Source: Escherichia phage vB_EcoM_G4498. From it: a stretch of 64,000 nt of DNA. The stretch is from the sequence record NC_054918.1; one strand, written 5' to 3'. Positions 63,862 through 64,000 of this stretch are shown here, piece after piece. Below the pieces are notes generated by a model. That model worked only from the letters and a program-made list of their open reading frames with translations. It searched no databases and was not told where the DNA came from. The position numbers and the translations under genes were made by a program. The first letter of the stretch is position 1; the number at the start of each line of letters is the position of its first letter.

Positions 63862-64000
63862 AGTGCTGAATTACCTCTCTCAAACATTTGCATGTGAATG
63901 AAAACTTTTTAGCTACACCACATTCAAATATATGTTCTCTTAAATCACGTGTGTCAGTATATCCCATCTCAACAATAAAATGTCGTATTAGATTTTTATC
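63836..64000 (-). CDS. hypothetical protein, 3' end only (5' end outside window)
   Basis: Minus-strand frame open from window edge to TAA at 63836-63838 (...EHIFECGVAKKFSFTCKCLREVIQHYEQFSRKT). Confidence 0.4.
   Translation of the reverse strand, partial: DKNLIRHFIVEMGYTDTRDLREHIFECGVAKKFSFTCKCLREVIQHYEQFSRKT

Overview
This window reads as a contiguous ~64 kb segment of a T-even (T4-like, Tevenvirinae) coliphage genome, in the same orientation as the reference T4 map. All calls are from reading the translations and DNA against remembered T4 biology; no database search was possible. Gene order is: terminase large subunit 3' end (gp17), tail sheath and tube (18, 19), portal (20), head core, protease and scaffold (67, 68, 21, 22), major capsid and vertex (23, 24), then rnlB, hoc, inh, uvsW, uvsY, the baseplate hub block (25, 26, 51, 27, 28, 29, 48, 54), two tandem Alt-family ADP-ribosyltransferases, DNA ligase, a dense minus-strand early-gene block (small ORFs, rIII, 31, cd, pseT, spanins, alc, rnlA, denA, nrdB, nrdA, td, frd, 32, 59, 33, dsbA, rnh), the long tail fibre genes 34-37 with a T2/T6-type glycine-rich gp38 adhesin, holin t, asiA and arn. 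No tRNA, rRNA or CRISPR array was found. Where the ORF track starts a frame on TTG/GTG, I moved the start to the first ATG with a Shine-Dalgarno (GGAG/GAGG) and say so. I do not see a clear-cut novel multi-gene system. The best candidates for lineage-specific or under-described content are: a diverged second Alt paralogue that also looks packaged; a coupled HAD-phosphatase/NADAR pair; a 115-aa ORF inserted between frd and td (which I recall overlapping in T4); a Hoc with an internally duplicated Ig-like domain; td and nrdB with no intron or homing endonuclease; and a 356-bp non-coding island upstream of rIII.
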